Assembly: GCF_902713615.1 (NCBI RefSeq)
Contig: NC_052146.1
Coordinates: 53,498,388-53,562,387, forward strand
From: Scyliorhinus canicula
Lineage: Eukaryota
Length of the DNA stretch: 64,000 nt
Direction of reading: 5' to 3'
The notes beneath the pieces are model-generated. The model saw only the letters and a program-made list of their open reading frames with translations, ran no database searches and had not been told where the DNA came from. The position numbers and the translations under genes were made by a program. Positions 49,324 through 60,946 of this stretch are shown in pieces (within the stretch, counting starts at the first letter, position 1; every line of letters begins with the position of its first letter).

Positions 49324-50355
49324 AGAACATAGAACATAGAACACTACAGCGCAGTACGGGCCCTTCGGCCCTCGATGTAGCGCCGACCTGTGAAACCATC
49401 TGAAGCCTATCTGACCTACACTATTCCATTTTCATCCATATGTCTATCCAGTGGCCACTTAAATGCCCTTAAAGTTGGCGAGTCTACTACTGTTGCAGGC
49501 AGGGCGTTCCACACCCCTACTACTCTCTGAGTAAAGAAACTGCCTCTGACATCTGTCCTATATCTATCACCCCTCAATTTAAAGCTATGTCCCCTCGTGT
49601 TGGTCATCACAATCCGAGGAAAAAGACTCTCACTGTCCACCCTATCTAACCCTCTGACTATCTTATATGTCTCTATTAAGTCACCTCTCAGCCTTCTCCT
49701 CTCTAACGAAAACAACCTCAATTCCCTGAGCCTTTCCTCGTAAGACCTTCCCTCCATACCAGGCAACATCCTAGTAAATCTCCTCTGAACCCTTTCCAAA
49801 GCTTCCACATCTTTCCTATAATGTGGTGACCAGAACTGCACGCAGTACTCCAGGTGCGGCCACACCAGAGTTATGTACAGCTGCAGCATGACCTTGTGGC
49901 TCCGAAACTCAATCCCTCTGCTGATAAAGGCTAGCACACCATATGCCTTCTTAACAGCCCTATTAACCTGGGTGGCAACTTTCAGGGATTTATGTACCTG
50001 GATGCCGAGATCTCTCTGTTCATCTACACTACCAAGAATCTTGCCATTAGCCCAGTACTCTGCATTCCTGTTACTCCTTCCAAAGTGAACCACCTCACAC
50101 TTTTCCGCATTAAACTCCATCTGCCACCTCTCAGCCCAGCTCTGCAGCTTATCTATGTCCCTCTGTATCCTATAACATCCTTCAGCACTATCCACAACTT
50201 CACCGACCTTCGTGTCATCTGCAAATTTACTAACCCATCCTTCTACACCCTCTTCCAGGTCATTTATATAAATGACAAACATCAGTGGCCCCAAAACAGA
50301 TCCTTGCGGTACACCACTAGTAACTGAACTCCAGGATGAACATTTGCCATCAACC
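49324..50355 (-). mobile_element. 5'-truncated young CR1, same family as 28532-32840
   Basis: Near-identical to 28532-29560; open RT C-terminal frame (GVPQGSVLGP..FADD..) to stop at 49416. Confidence 0.97.
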
Positions 50356-50502
50356 TGTTCTGCTACTCTTCCACCAGTAGGATAGACCCCAAGGAATTTC
50401 TGATCATCACATAAGCTCTGAGATTGCTTAGACTTCCAAGAACCCAACGGTAGTTGACAAGTCAAATTGAAATTAACAATGGGGATTCAATTTGAAATTG
50501 AA

Positions 50503-50698
50503 TCATAGAGTCCCTATAGTGCAGAAGGAGGCCATTCAGCCCATCGAGTCTGCACTGACGCTCTGAAAGTGCACCCTACCCATGCCCACTCCCCGTCCAC
50601 CCGCCCTCTCTCCATAACCCCGTAACCCTACCTGCATATCTCAGGAAACTAAGGGGCAATTTAAGATTGCTAATCCACCTAACCCGCACATCTTTGGA
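50503..50698 (-). mobile_element. 5'-truncated V-SINE
   Basis: CCAAAGATGTGCGGGTTAGGTGGATT core plus CR1-type tail. Confidence 0.85.
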
Positions 50699-51094
50699 AT
50701 TATGTTTTTATCCTCCATTGATGCAAAAAGACAGGCTAGGGCGTTAACAGGCAGCATAATTAATCTGCCAAAGCCACAGTTGAACCAACTCGTAAACCAC
50801 CACCAAACTGTTGCAGTGGTCTGAGGCAAAACTTCCTTCCAATGACAAATTAGCAATTGCAGCATTATCTTGCTCCCCATTGAAAATACAGTGCAGCAGT
50901 GAGAAAGTCAGGGGGCTATTGATGCTATGAACATCACTATTCTCTAAATCGTCCTGTGTGATGCATCATAAAGATAGGTTCTGTTACAATGATGTTACTG
51001 ATAAAGACCATCAAGAATGTCAAAGGATTTGACAAGAGCACTATTGGACCATTGGAATTCATGATAAGCAATGAAAGACCTGTAAAGTTAGGTG

Positions 51095-51440
51095 AACATA
51101 GAACATAGAACAGTACAGCACAGAACAGGCCCTTCGGCCCTCAATGTTGTGCCGAGCCATGATCACCCTACTCAAACCCACATATCCACCCTATACCCGT
51201 AACCCAACCCCCCCCCTTAACCTTACATTTATTAGGACACTACGGGCAATTTAGCATGGCCAATCCACCTAACCCGCACATCTTTGGACTGTGGGAGGAG
51301 GCCGGAGCACCCGGAGGAAACCCACGCACACAGGGGGAGGACGTGCAGACTCCACACAGACAGTGACCCAGCCGGGAATCGAACCTGGGACCCTGGAGCT
51401 GTGAAGCATTTATGCTAACCACCATGCTACCCTGCTGCCC
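51095..51440 (-). mobile_element. HE1-like V-SINE, young full-length
   Basis: Near-identical reverse complement of 15657-16003. Confidence 0.95.
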
Positions 51441-52991
51441 CCTGTGACTGCTCGACATGTTAGTAGATATTAGACTGGTGGTCAGCCAACTTTGTGGCTT
51501 GCGTGGCAAATGGCGTTATTGAATGGTCTTAACCGTTGCAAATTCTTTAAGTTGTAACATCGACTTCTGCATCCACTCCCAGATCTCGTGGGAAGCGTAC
51601 ACAGAGTTGAGACTGGCTACCACCCCCTTGACAGCTTGCTAAGCTATCGTCTTTTGGAGAGTGTCCTAGATTACCAAAGAAGGAAGCTCTCCTAGGATCT
51701 ACTTCTTGTCAAAAGACATTCGCTTTATTGCTTCAGCATTGGCCCAAGAACTGAACCTATCATTAACATGCGCAGTTGTAGCTGTGGTGCTGGCTGCTTG
51801 TCTCACAGACATTTGGCTACTATTGAAGAACAGCAGCCACACTGCTTCCAGGCCTAACAATCACCGGGAAGGAGATGATACTTACTTTTCTGATCCCCCT
51901 TATCTTGCTACCTCATTTACTGAGACCTTGTGATTTGAGGCAGCCCTGAGCACTAGGCCCACGGCAGCTTCCTAAAAGTGTTGATCTGTCCTTGCAATCT
52001 TTGGTTGCAGGATGAGGAAAGTGAGGCGAGGAGGATGGAAATGTCCCCCGACTACAGAACTTTCGACAAGTCTCTGCCCTTTGTTCATCACCTGTAGCAC
52101 CTGAGAAATGGTGTGTTCCTCAGGCGTGACAGAGAGGGGGAAGTACCGCTTCACCACATGTACAGACTCTATTCTCTGTCTCCCCTGTTGTTATATTTTG
52201 CTCCTTACAAGCTTTGGAAAGACTAAAATATCCTTTGCAATGTTTCCCTTTTATCTGTAAATGGTTGAAATCTTTAAAAAAATTAACTGCAACTCTTTCA
52301 GGGCTGTTGATTTGTGCAGTTTGCACCCTTTGCCCTACAGCAAGTTTCAGACATCCATCCCAATTTGGAACTGGGTCCAAAAATAAAAGGGCACAGCCTG
52401 CAAATTGCTCAGTTATCAATTTATCAGGAAGTTGGTGAGTATTATATCTCCCCGTGCTTCAGTGACACTATTTTAGTGTCAGGACTGGGAAACTTATCTC
52501 AACACATTCACACAATATAATTAAATGTTCCCTTCATAGACTGTCTTAAATATATGTATTTATTCCTCCTTTTCAACTGTATTATTTTATTATAGTAACT
52601 TTATTGACGTAATCTGATACTATTATAGCATATAAATGCTATCAGGCTTTGCAAAGAATATCTTGATGTAGATATTTGGAATCAATACTTACAAAATGAA
52701 AACAATCCTACTGTAAACAAAATGAGACAAATACATTGAAACCGGTTAAACACGGGGCCCTCACTTCTGCTGGAATGGCAACTGAATCAGATTGCCACTC
52801 TGCTCAAAATTAGGTCCAACTCAGGTCAGGTGAGTGTGTTGTTCTCTGCCTTGCTCTAACCAGATGGCTTTGATGTGTAGTGTTGATCAGAGAACAACAA
52901 GTCTTGTAAACTAACAAAACTATTAAACACTACAAATGGATTTGAAACCTATTCCTAAGAAACTAACAGTTGATTAAACACACACAAATTC

Positions 52992-55900
52992 AATGGAGGA
53001 CGGTTCGCAGCTGGGAGGGTTCCTAGCCTGGGGAGGAAGGGAGGGGGGGGAAGGGGAATACCGGGTTGCTGCTGGTAGGGTCAGGAAGGAGCTAGTGGGG
53101 GCCGGGGGGACAGAGGTGAGGTGTTGTCGCTGTGGGGACTGGGTCGGGCAGGGGGTGCTGGCCTGGGGCTGGCAGTCGACGGGCTATGGCTAGTCGACGG
53201 GGGAGGGGGGCGGGACGCCCTCTGATCCGGTTGGTCACCTGGAATGCGAGAGGGTTGAATTGGCCGGTGAAGCGGTCGAGGATACTTGCTCATCTGAAGG
53301 GGCTAAAGGCAGATGTGGCAATGCTTCAGGAGATCCACCTGAAGGTGGCGGACCAGGTCCGCCTGAGGAAGGGATGGGTGGGGCAGGTTTTCCACTCTGG
53401 GTTGGATGTGAAGAACCGGGGAGTGGCGATTCTGGTGGGGAAAAATGTGTTGTTTGAGGCATCAGAGGTGGTAGGTATGTTATGGTTAGGGGCAGGCAAC
53501 AAGGAGAGAAAGTGGTACTTGCTAGTGTGAATGCCCCAAATTGGGACGATGCGGGCTTTATGATGCGTATGTTGGGACGGGTCCCGGATCTGGAGACGGG
53601 AGGTCTGATCATGGGGGGGACTTTAATATGGTGTTGGATCCTTCACTGGATCAGTCCAGCTCTAGGACGGGTAGGAGGCCGGCGGCGGCCAAGGTACTGA
53701 GAGGGTTTATGGACCAGATGGGTGGGGTGGATCCATGGAGGTTTGTGAGGCCGAGGGCATGCGAGTACTCTTTCTTCTCCCACGTACATAGGGTCTACTC
53801 TCGGATAGACTTCTTCGTGGTGAGTAGGGGACTGATTCCGAGAGTGGAGGAGGCCGAGTTTTCGGCCATTGCAATCTCCGACCATGCGCCGCATTGGATG
53901 GAGTTGGAGATGGGGGAGGTGCGGGACCAGCGCCCGTTGTGGCGGTTGGATGTGGGGTTGTTGGCGGAGGAGGAGGTGTGTAGGAGGGTCCGGGCAAGTA
54001 TTGAGGGGTACCTCGAGGTGAATGATACGGGGGAGGTTCAGGTGGGCATGGTCTGGGAAGCCCTGAAGGCAGTGGTTCGTGGGGAGCTGATATCCATCCG
54101 GGCACACAGGGAGAGGAGTGAGAGGGATAGACTGGTGGGAAAGATGCTGGAGGTGAACAGGAGGTATGCAGAGGCACCAGAGGAGGGACTGTTGGGGGAG
54201 AGGCACAGCCTGCAGGCTAAATTTGATTTGCTGGCCACTGGAAAGGCGGAGGCACAGTGGAGGAAGGCACAAGGGGCAGTGTACGAACATGGTGAAAAGG
54301 CGAGTAGGATGCTGGCTCATCAGCTCCGCAAGCGGGATGCGGCTAAGGAAATTGCTGGAGTGAGAGACAAGAGTGGGAATGTGGTGCGGAAGGGGGTAGA
54401 GGTGAATGAGGTCTTCAAGGACTTTTACGGGGAACTGTACCGGTCGGAGCCAACGGGGTAGAGGAAGGAAATGGAGAGGTTCCTCAACGGGCTTTCTTTC
54501 CCGAAGGTGCAGGAGGAGAAGGTGGAGGGGTTGGGTGCGCCGATTGAGCTGGAGGAGCTAGTTAAGGGGATCGGGCAGATGCAGTCAGGGAAGGCACCGG
54601 GGCCGGATGGGTTCCCGGTGGAATTTTATAAAAAGTTTGTGGACCTAGTGGGCCCCTTGCTGGTGCGAACACTCAATGAAGCGTGGGAAGGGGGGACTTT
54701 GCCCCCGACGATGTCGCGGGCGCTGATCTCGTTAATTTTAAAGAGGGACAAGGACCCCCAGCAGTGTGGTTCATACAGGCCCATATCTCTCCTCAACGTG
54801 GATGCTAAGGTGCTGGCAAAAATCCTGGCCACCAGGATAGAGGACTGTGTGCCAGGGGTGGTGCACGAGGACCAGACAGGTTTTGTGAAGGGAAGGCAAC
54901 TGAACACGAATGTGCGGAGATTGTTGAATGTCATCATGATGCCGGCGATTGAGGGGGAGGCAGAGATAGTGGTGGCGCTGGATGCGGAGAAGGCCTTCGA
55001 TAGAGTGGAGTGGGGGTACCTATGGGAGGTGTTGGGGAGGTTTGGATTTGGTGAAGGGTTCATTAGATGGGAAGGCTGCTATATGAGGCCCCGATGGCAT
55101 GCGTGGCCACAAATAGGAGGAGGTCGGAGTACTTCCGGCTTTACCGAGGGACCAGGCAGGGTTGCCCCTTGTCCCCCTTGTTGTTTGCACTGGCAATCGA
55201 GCCGCTGGCGATGGTGTTGAAGGATTCAGAGAGGTGGAGAGGCTTGGTGCGAGGTGGGGAGGAACATAGGGTGTCGTTGTATGCCGATGACCTGTTACTG
55301 TATGTGGCGGACCCGGTGGGAGGGATGCCGGGGGTGATGGAGTTGCTAGCTGAGTTTGGGACCTTTTCAGGTTATAAATTAAATTTAGGCAAGAGTGAGG
55401 TGTTTGTGGTGCACCCTGGAGACTAGGAGGAAGGAATTGGTAGGCTCCCACTTAGGCGGGCAGGGGAGAGCTTTAGGTACCTGGGGGTGCAGGTGGCCAG
55501 GGACTGGGGGACTCTTCACAAGCATAATTTCACCAGACTTGTAGATCAGATGGAGGAGGAGTTCAAGAGGTGGGACATGCTGCCATTATCGTTGGCGGGG
55601 AGGGTACAGTCCGTCAAAATGACGGTGCTTCCGAGGTTCTTGTTCCTCTTTCAGTGCCTGCCCATCTTTATCTCCAGGGCCTTCTTTAGGAGAGTGACTA
55701 GCAGTATTTTGAGCTTTGTGTGGGCACATGGGACTCCGAGAGTGAAGAGGGTGTTCCTGGAGCGAGGGAGTGATAGAGGCGGGCTAGCGCTGCCCAACCT
55801 TCTGGGGTACTATTGGGCGGCCAATGTGTCAATGGTGCATAAATGGGTGATGGAGGGGGGAGGGGCAGCGTGGAAAAGAATGGAGATGGCGTCATGTAGA

Positions 55901-57176
55901 GGTACGAGCCTGGGTGCCATGGTGACGGCGCCGTTGCCGCTCTCCCCTAAGAGGTTTACCACGAGCCCGGTGGTGGTGGCAACCCTGAGAATCTGGGAAC
56001 AGTGGAGACGGCATCGGGGGGAAACAGGGGGCTCGATGGAGGCTCCACTGGGTGGCAACCATCGGTTCGTCCCGGGGAATAAGGATGGGGGATTTAGGGG
56101 GTGGCAAAGGGCGGGCATCAGCAAATTGAGGGACCTGTTTATTGGCGGGAGGTTTGCGGGCCTGGGGGAACTGGAAGATAAATTTGGCCTTCCCCAGGGG
56201 AACATGTTCAGATACCTGCAGGTAAAGGCGTTTGCTAGGCGACAGGTAGAGGGATTCCCTCTGCTGCCCTCGGGGGGGACGATGGACAGAGTGCTTTCGG
56301 GGGTGTGGGTCGGAGAGGGGAAGGTGTCTGACATCTATAAGGTAATGCAGGAGGTGGAGGAGTCGTCAGTGGAGGAGCTGAAGGCTAAATGGGAGGAGGA
56401 ACTCGGGGAGCAGATAGAGGACGGGACTTGGGCGGATGCCTTGGAGAGAGTCAACTCTTCCTCCTCATGTGCGAGGCTTAGTCTCATCCAATTTAAGGTG
56501 CTGCACCGGGCCCACATGTCCGGGACTAGGATGAGTAGGTTCTTTGGGGGTGAGGACAGGTGCACCAGATGTTCGGGGGAGTCCAGCGAACCACGCCCAT
56601 ATGTTCTGGGCATGCCCAGCACTGGAAGAATTCTGGAAGGGGGTGGCGGGGACGGTGTCGAGGGTGGTTGGATCCAGGGTCAAACCAGGGTGGGGACTCG
56701 CGATGTTTGGAGTTGCGGTAGAGCCGGGAGTGCAGGAGGCAAAAGAGGCCGGTGTCCTGGCCTTTGCATCCCTAGTAGCCCGACAAAGGATTCTGCTACA
56801 GTGGAAGGATGCGAGGCCCCCAAGTGTGGAGACCTGGATCAGTGACATGGTGGGATTTATAAAATTGGAAAGGGTCAAATTTGCCCTGAGGGGATCAATA
56901 CAAGGGTTCTATAAACGATGGCAGCCTTTTCTGGACTTCCTGGCTCAAAGATAGGTATCTCGGTCAATAGCAGCAGCAACCCGGGGGGGGGGGGTGTTCC
57001 TTATTGTAGTGTCTATTCTGTAACTTTATATTGTGTTAATTTGCGTTGTTGTCAAAATGCTGTGTTGTTCATGGAGGTGGGGCGAATATTTATGATTGTT
57101 AATATTATTGTTATTTTACTATGGTGCGTTATTGTTGTATAAATTCAAAATTTTTCAATAAAAATTATTTTAAAAA
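52992..57176 (+). mobile_element. L1-clade LINE, 5' truncated just upstream of ORF2
   Basis: 16-bp TSD AAACACACA(C/T)AAATTC (52976-52991 and 57177-57192); AATAAA and A-tail at the 3' end. Confidence 0.96.
53186..56954 (+). pseudogene. L1-clade ORF2 (APE + RT + C-terminal CCHC), disrupted
   Basis: VTWNARGLN, LQE.H, GGDFN, SRIDFF, ISDH, KAPGPDGF, LDAEKAFDRV, RQGCPLSP, YADD, C..C..HMFWACP. Stops at ~54459 and ~55424; several frameshifts. Confidence 0.95.
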
Positions 57177-59100
57177 AAACACACATAAATTCTCATCTAA
57201 CATCTAACTCACTAGCAGATTAACTACTATCTTTCTCTCTCACTATCTTCAGTACTTCTAGCCAGCTCCTGCTCATACCACTCCTCCAACCTTCTGTCCC
57301 ACAAGGCTCAGCATCATCCCTCATATACTTCTAGGATTACTCCCTCTAGTGGCTGTCTGTACACATTTCATTAACCCTTACATTATCTTCATGTATGATA
57401 ATACCACAGGTGAGATCTGTGTAATGTAGCACAATCCTGAGTCCTACAGCTGAAGCCAGCTCAGTCGCAATTAATTAAGCCTGGCCTGCTTTTTTTTTAC
57501 AGCACTAGCTGTCGTGAAGCAGGTAGGTTTAAAGGGCCAGCCAAGTTGAAACTTTTTTGAGAAGATAATTGGGTAGGATTTGGGGTGGTTGCAGGTGGGA
57601 GTTGACAGTCAGGCAGTTGGGTCTCAGGAGTAGGGTGGGGAGGGGCATGCACAGGAATTGGGCCGGGGCCGTGGGGGTGTGGGGTGGGGGAGGGTGTGGG
57701 TGGTCCCTGGCGGGGGTCGGGAAACCTTTGGTTTGGGAGTTCCTACTCTTGGCCATGCTAACTCTGATATACATGGAGAAGGGGGGGAATTTTCCAATGC
57801 AGCATAACCTCATGGGACCCACCCCTTTCATTTTTTACAGCAAAGTATTTTAAAATATGACGGGTAATCCTGGCAGCCATGCCGGCGTGCTACCCACTGT
57901 ATTTCCTGCCTGAGATTAAACTTTGCCAAAGCATGTCAAAATTCTCCAAAAATTGAAGACTAATTAGGGGACATTGCCATGAGTAACCTATCAAGAAGAT
58001 TGTAGCGGCATCAAAGAATGTTGTGTGGCCTTTCCCATTTTCTTTGAAGAATTTTGCTTATTATTTGTAACAGTTATAGGAGATGGTGGTAAAAAAACTG
58101 TTTAACTTATGTCCAAGAATCTTCCAACTGATTACGGAGGAGTCCTTTCCTTGTCCAGTTGGAATGGGAAGCAGCAAACCATAAATATAGAAGCATTCGG
58201 CAATCAATATTCAATGTTGGGTCCCCAGGATGGATGTCATGTGATAAAACCTCCAGGGATTTGTTCAATCCATTGACAACCCTGGAAGTAGAGGACTCCA
58301 TCGAAACTGATCAGAGATTTTGCTGCAAACAGTCTCTGGATGGTCTATGGATTTTTGGGACTTTATCGTGTCACATTTGTAGAAGCTACTGGCTTTGTGC
58401 AGACAGCAGAGCAAGTTTCCAACTAACTGTTATCGAACGCTCGTGATACATTTTTTAACTTGTCGTTTCAGTGTGCAGTTATGTGAAATGCCTGTGAATG
58501 CGCAGATTATAGGTCACAGATTGAGTCCTGCAAATAACTCCAACTCTGTGAAAAACCTAATGTGGGTCCATCAATTAGCGGTAGCATGCTTTTCTGGGGC
58601 AAAGCAGTCTTTCCCTTTGAAAGTCCCAAGTCAGTAAATTATTTTCCCATTAACATTCTTCTCGTAGCAAGTTATCTTTATTGGCTGTGACTTTTTTTTT
58701 ATAAAGAACTTGCTTTTCCTGACTAGCGTGAAGTGTAGTCCCAAATTACAATTCATTTTCCTTTTTCTGATTGGACCGAAGGCTCTTTTGAATAGCAGCA
58801 AACAGTTGGAACCCATTGACGTGCTATCACCCAAGCAACATACACAAATCGGTGGTGGTGGGGCGTGGGGGGTGGAAGCAGAGGAATAATAGGTAGCAGC
58901 CATGCATTTTGTGTGAGTAGAGGAAATCAAGGCCAAGCCCAGCTCCTTCAGCTTGGGGGCGGAGAACACATGAAAGGCCGCATGTGGACTTATTTGTACT
59001 GAATGTGGCCCGTTTAGAGCTTAGCCACAATAATATGTAAGGTTTCTTTGAAAGGCAGGATAAACAAGGAAATGAGTAGCTAATCATTTCCAGATATTAC

Positions 59101-59151
59101 CTTCCTTCCTCCCTCCTTCAGAGACACTACTCCATTCATTAGGAAACAGCA
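59101..59151 (-). other. Candidate 51-nt exon of an unidentified host gene
   Basis: Acceptor TTTTTCCTGTCTATTTTCTTTAATCAG; donor AAG|GTAATA; length is a multiple of 3; two frames open; non-repetitive context. Confidence 0.3.
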
Positions 59152-60246
59152 CTGATTAAAGAAAATAGACAGGAAAAACTGCGCTGGGAATAGAAAAAGC
59201 AAGATTCTACATTGCAAAAACTTCTGACCTAGGCCAATAAACGATGCCTAAAAGTGTAGACACTTTACTTTGCCGTTTTATTATATTAAAGCTGGCTTGA
59301 ATCAATACTTCCCGCCCAGATACTTGAACAGAAATAAATGAAGCAAACTAAACAAAAAAAGCAGATTGCAAACCTGTAATCATTTGGAGCTATTGTCCTA
59401 TTTCAACATTCACTGTGATGTTTCTTTAAATTGTGTTTGTTATTTTCTGCCTCCATTTGCATTAGTTAATTAAAGATTATTTTCATTCATTACTTCTTTA
59501 ATCTGAAAGGGGATTTAGATGGGATTCATTTCGGCCTTATTGGCTTCTGAACTGTTCTACGATATATTCAGATCCTCTATTCAAAAAAATCTTATTTCAA
59601 ACAAAATTTAATCTGACAACTATTGCAGTTAGAGAATACCCTCCCAGTTCTTAGTGCAGTGGATTGCAGAATGATACAACCTGTAAGTGTCATGTTCTAC
59701 CATTCCATCGGGCCTTTCTCTACTGTAACAGAAACACCCTCAATGTGTCTAAACCTTTCTTTAATACAATTAAAACAATGTTTTCTAAGAAATTCTGAAA
59801 GTCAAATAAATATCCCCCTATTTAAAAACAAAGGTCCAAAGATGCAAGTTCTTACTCCAGTAAACTCTTCCAGGACTTTTCCAAAGTTCCACTAGAGCCA
59901 ACAATGGAGCCTTAACAAGGTGAACTACTCCATTCGGCCTGATGCAAATAAATTACTGGTTAAGTACAATAATTATTTGAAGAGTAAAACAGTTGCAATG
60001 CCGATAAGCAGCGTGTTCCTTGAAGGATTTATTAAGTTTTTTTCTTAACAGTTATCAGAGTTTCCAAGGGGGATTGATCCCATTCAATCTACCAGCAGTG
60101 TACTCAGCATAGGGTGATGGTGGGAAGCCACATTCTATACATGTTATTGCTGTCTGAAATAGAGACTTTCATGAGGATATTCCCAGAAAGGGATTCAACT
60201 AGATCTTGTTAAATTAATGTTGAACATAAAACCAATGTAACGTCAA

Positions 60247-60600
60247 AGGGGAGGCAGTGGCATTGTGGTATTATTGTTAGACTAGTGATCCAGAGGCTAA
60301 AGTCATGCTCTGGGGACCCATGTTTGATTCCCGTCATGGCAGATGGTGAAATTTGAATTCAATAACATTTTGGAATTAAAATTCTAAAAGGTGTGCTTGA
60401 AACCATTGTCAATTGTTGTAAAAACCCATCTGGTTCAGTAATGTCCTTCAGGGAAGGAAGTCTGCAGTCCTTACCTTGTCTGGCCTACATGAGACTCCCG
60501 ATCCACAGAAATGTGATTGACTCTTAAATGCCCTCAGGGATGGGCAATGAATGCTTGCCCAGTCAGTGATGCCCATATCCCATGAATGAATTTTTAAAAA
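60247..60600 (+). mobile_element. tRNA-derived SINE of a different family (UCON3-like core by recollection, CR1-type tail)
   Basis: Head GGAGGCAGTGGC..GTTTGATTCCC; core CCATCTGGTTCA.TAATGTCCTTCAGGGAAGGAA; tail GATGCCCA.ATCCCATGAATGAAT. Confidence 0.75.
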
Positions 60601-60604
60601 GATT

Positions 60605-60946
60605 GAGCCGGCACATCGGCATAGTGGTTAGCACTGTTGCCTCATAGCGCCAGGAACCCGGGTTCAATTCCGGCCTCAGGTGACTGTCTGTGTGGAGTCT
60701 GCACATTCTCCCCGTGCCTGTGTGGGTTTCCTCCGGGTGCTCCGGTTTGCTCCCACATTCGAAAACTGTGCAGGTTAGTGGATTGACCATGCTAAATTGC
60801 CCCTTAGTGTCCAAAAGGTTAGGTGGGTTTACTGGGTTGTGGGAATAGGGTCGGGGTGTGGGCCTAGGTAGGGTACTCTTTCCAAGAGTCGGTACAGCTC
60901 GATGGGCCGAATGGCCTCATTCTGCACTGTACCGATTCTATTCTGT
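60605..60946 (+). mobile_element. HE1-like V-SINE (CR1-type tail)
   Basis: tRNA head, V-core, TTCTATTCTGTG end. Confidence 0.92.

Larger units (their letters stand above)
52871..57408 (-). mobile_element. Possible solo LTR split by the L1 insertion
   Basis: TGATGTG...ATACCACA termini; GTATATGAG TATA-like on minus; no clean TSD. Confidence 0.4.

Noticed and set aside
49416-50465. 349-aa ORF as a novel RT fusion gene
   Set aside because: The first ~37 codons are flanking DNA with a non-ATG start that happens to be in frame with a 5'-truncated CR1.
52341-52434. Plus-strand candidate exon (CCCTACAG|...|GTGAGT)
   Set aside because: It is 94 nt with no partner exons, and the peptide KGHSLQI resembles a CR1 3' relic; support is insufficient.
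53643-56878. Long antisense ORFs over the L1 and CR1 elements
   Set aside because: Shadow frames of G-rich ORF2 with no independent motifs.
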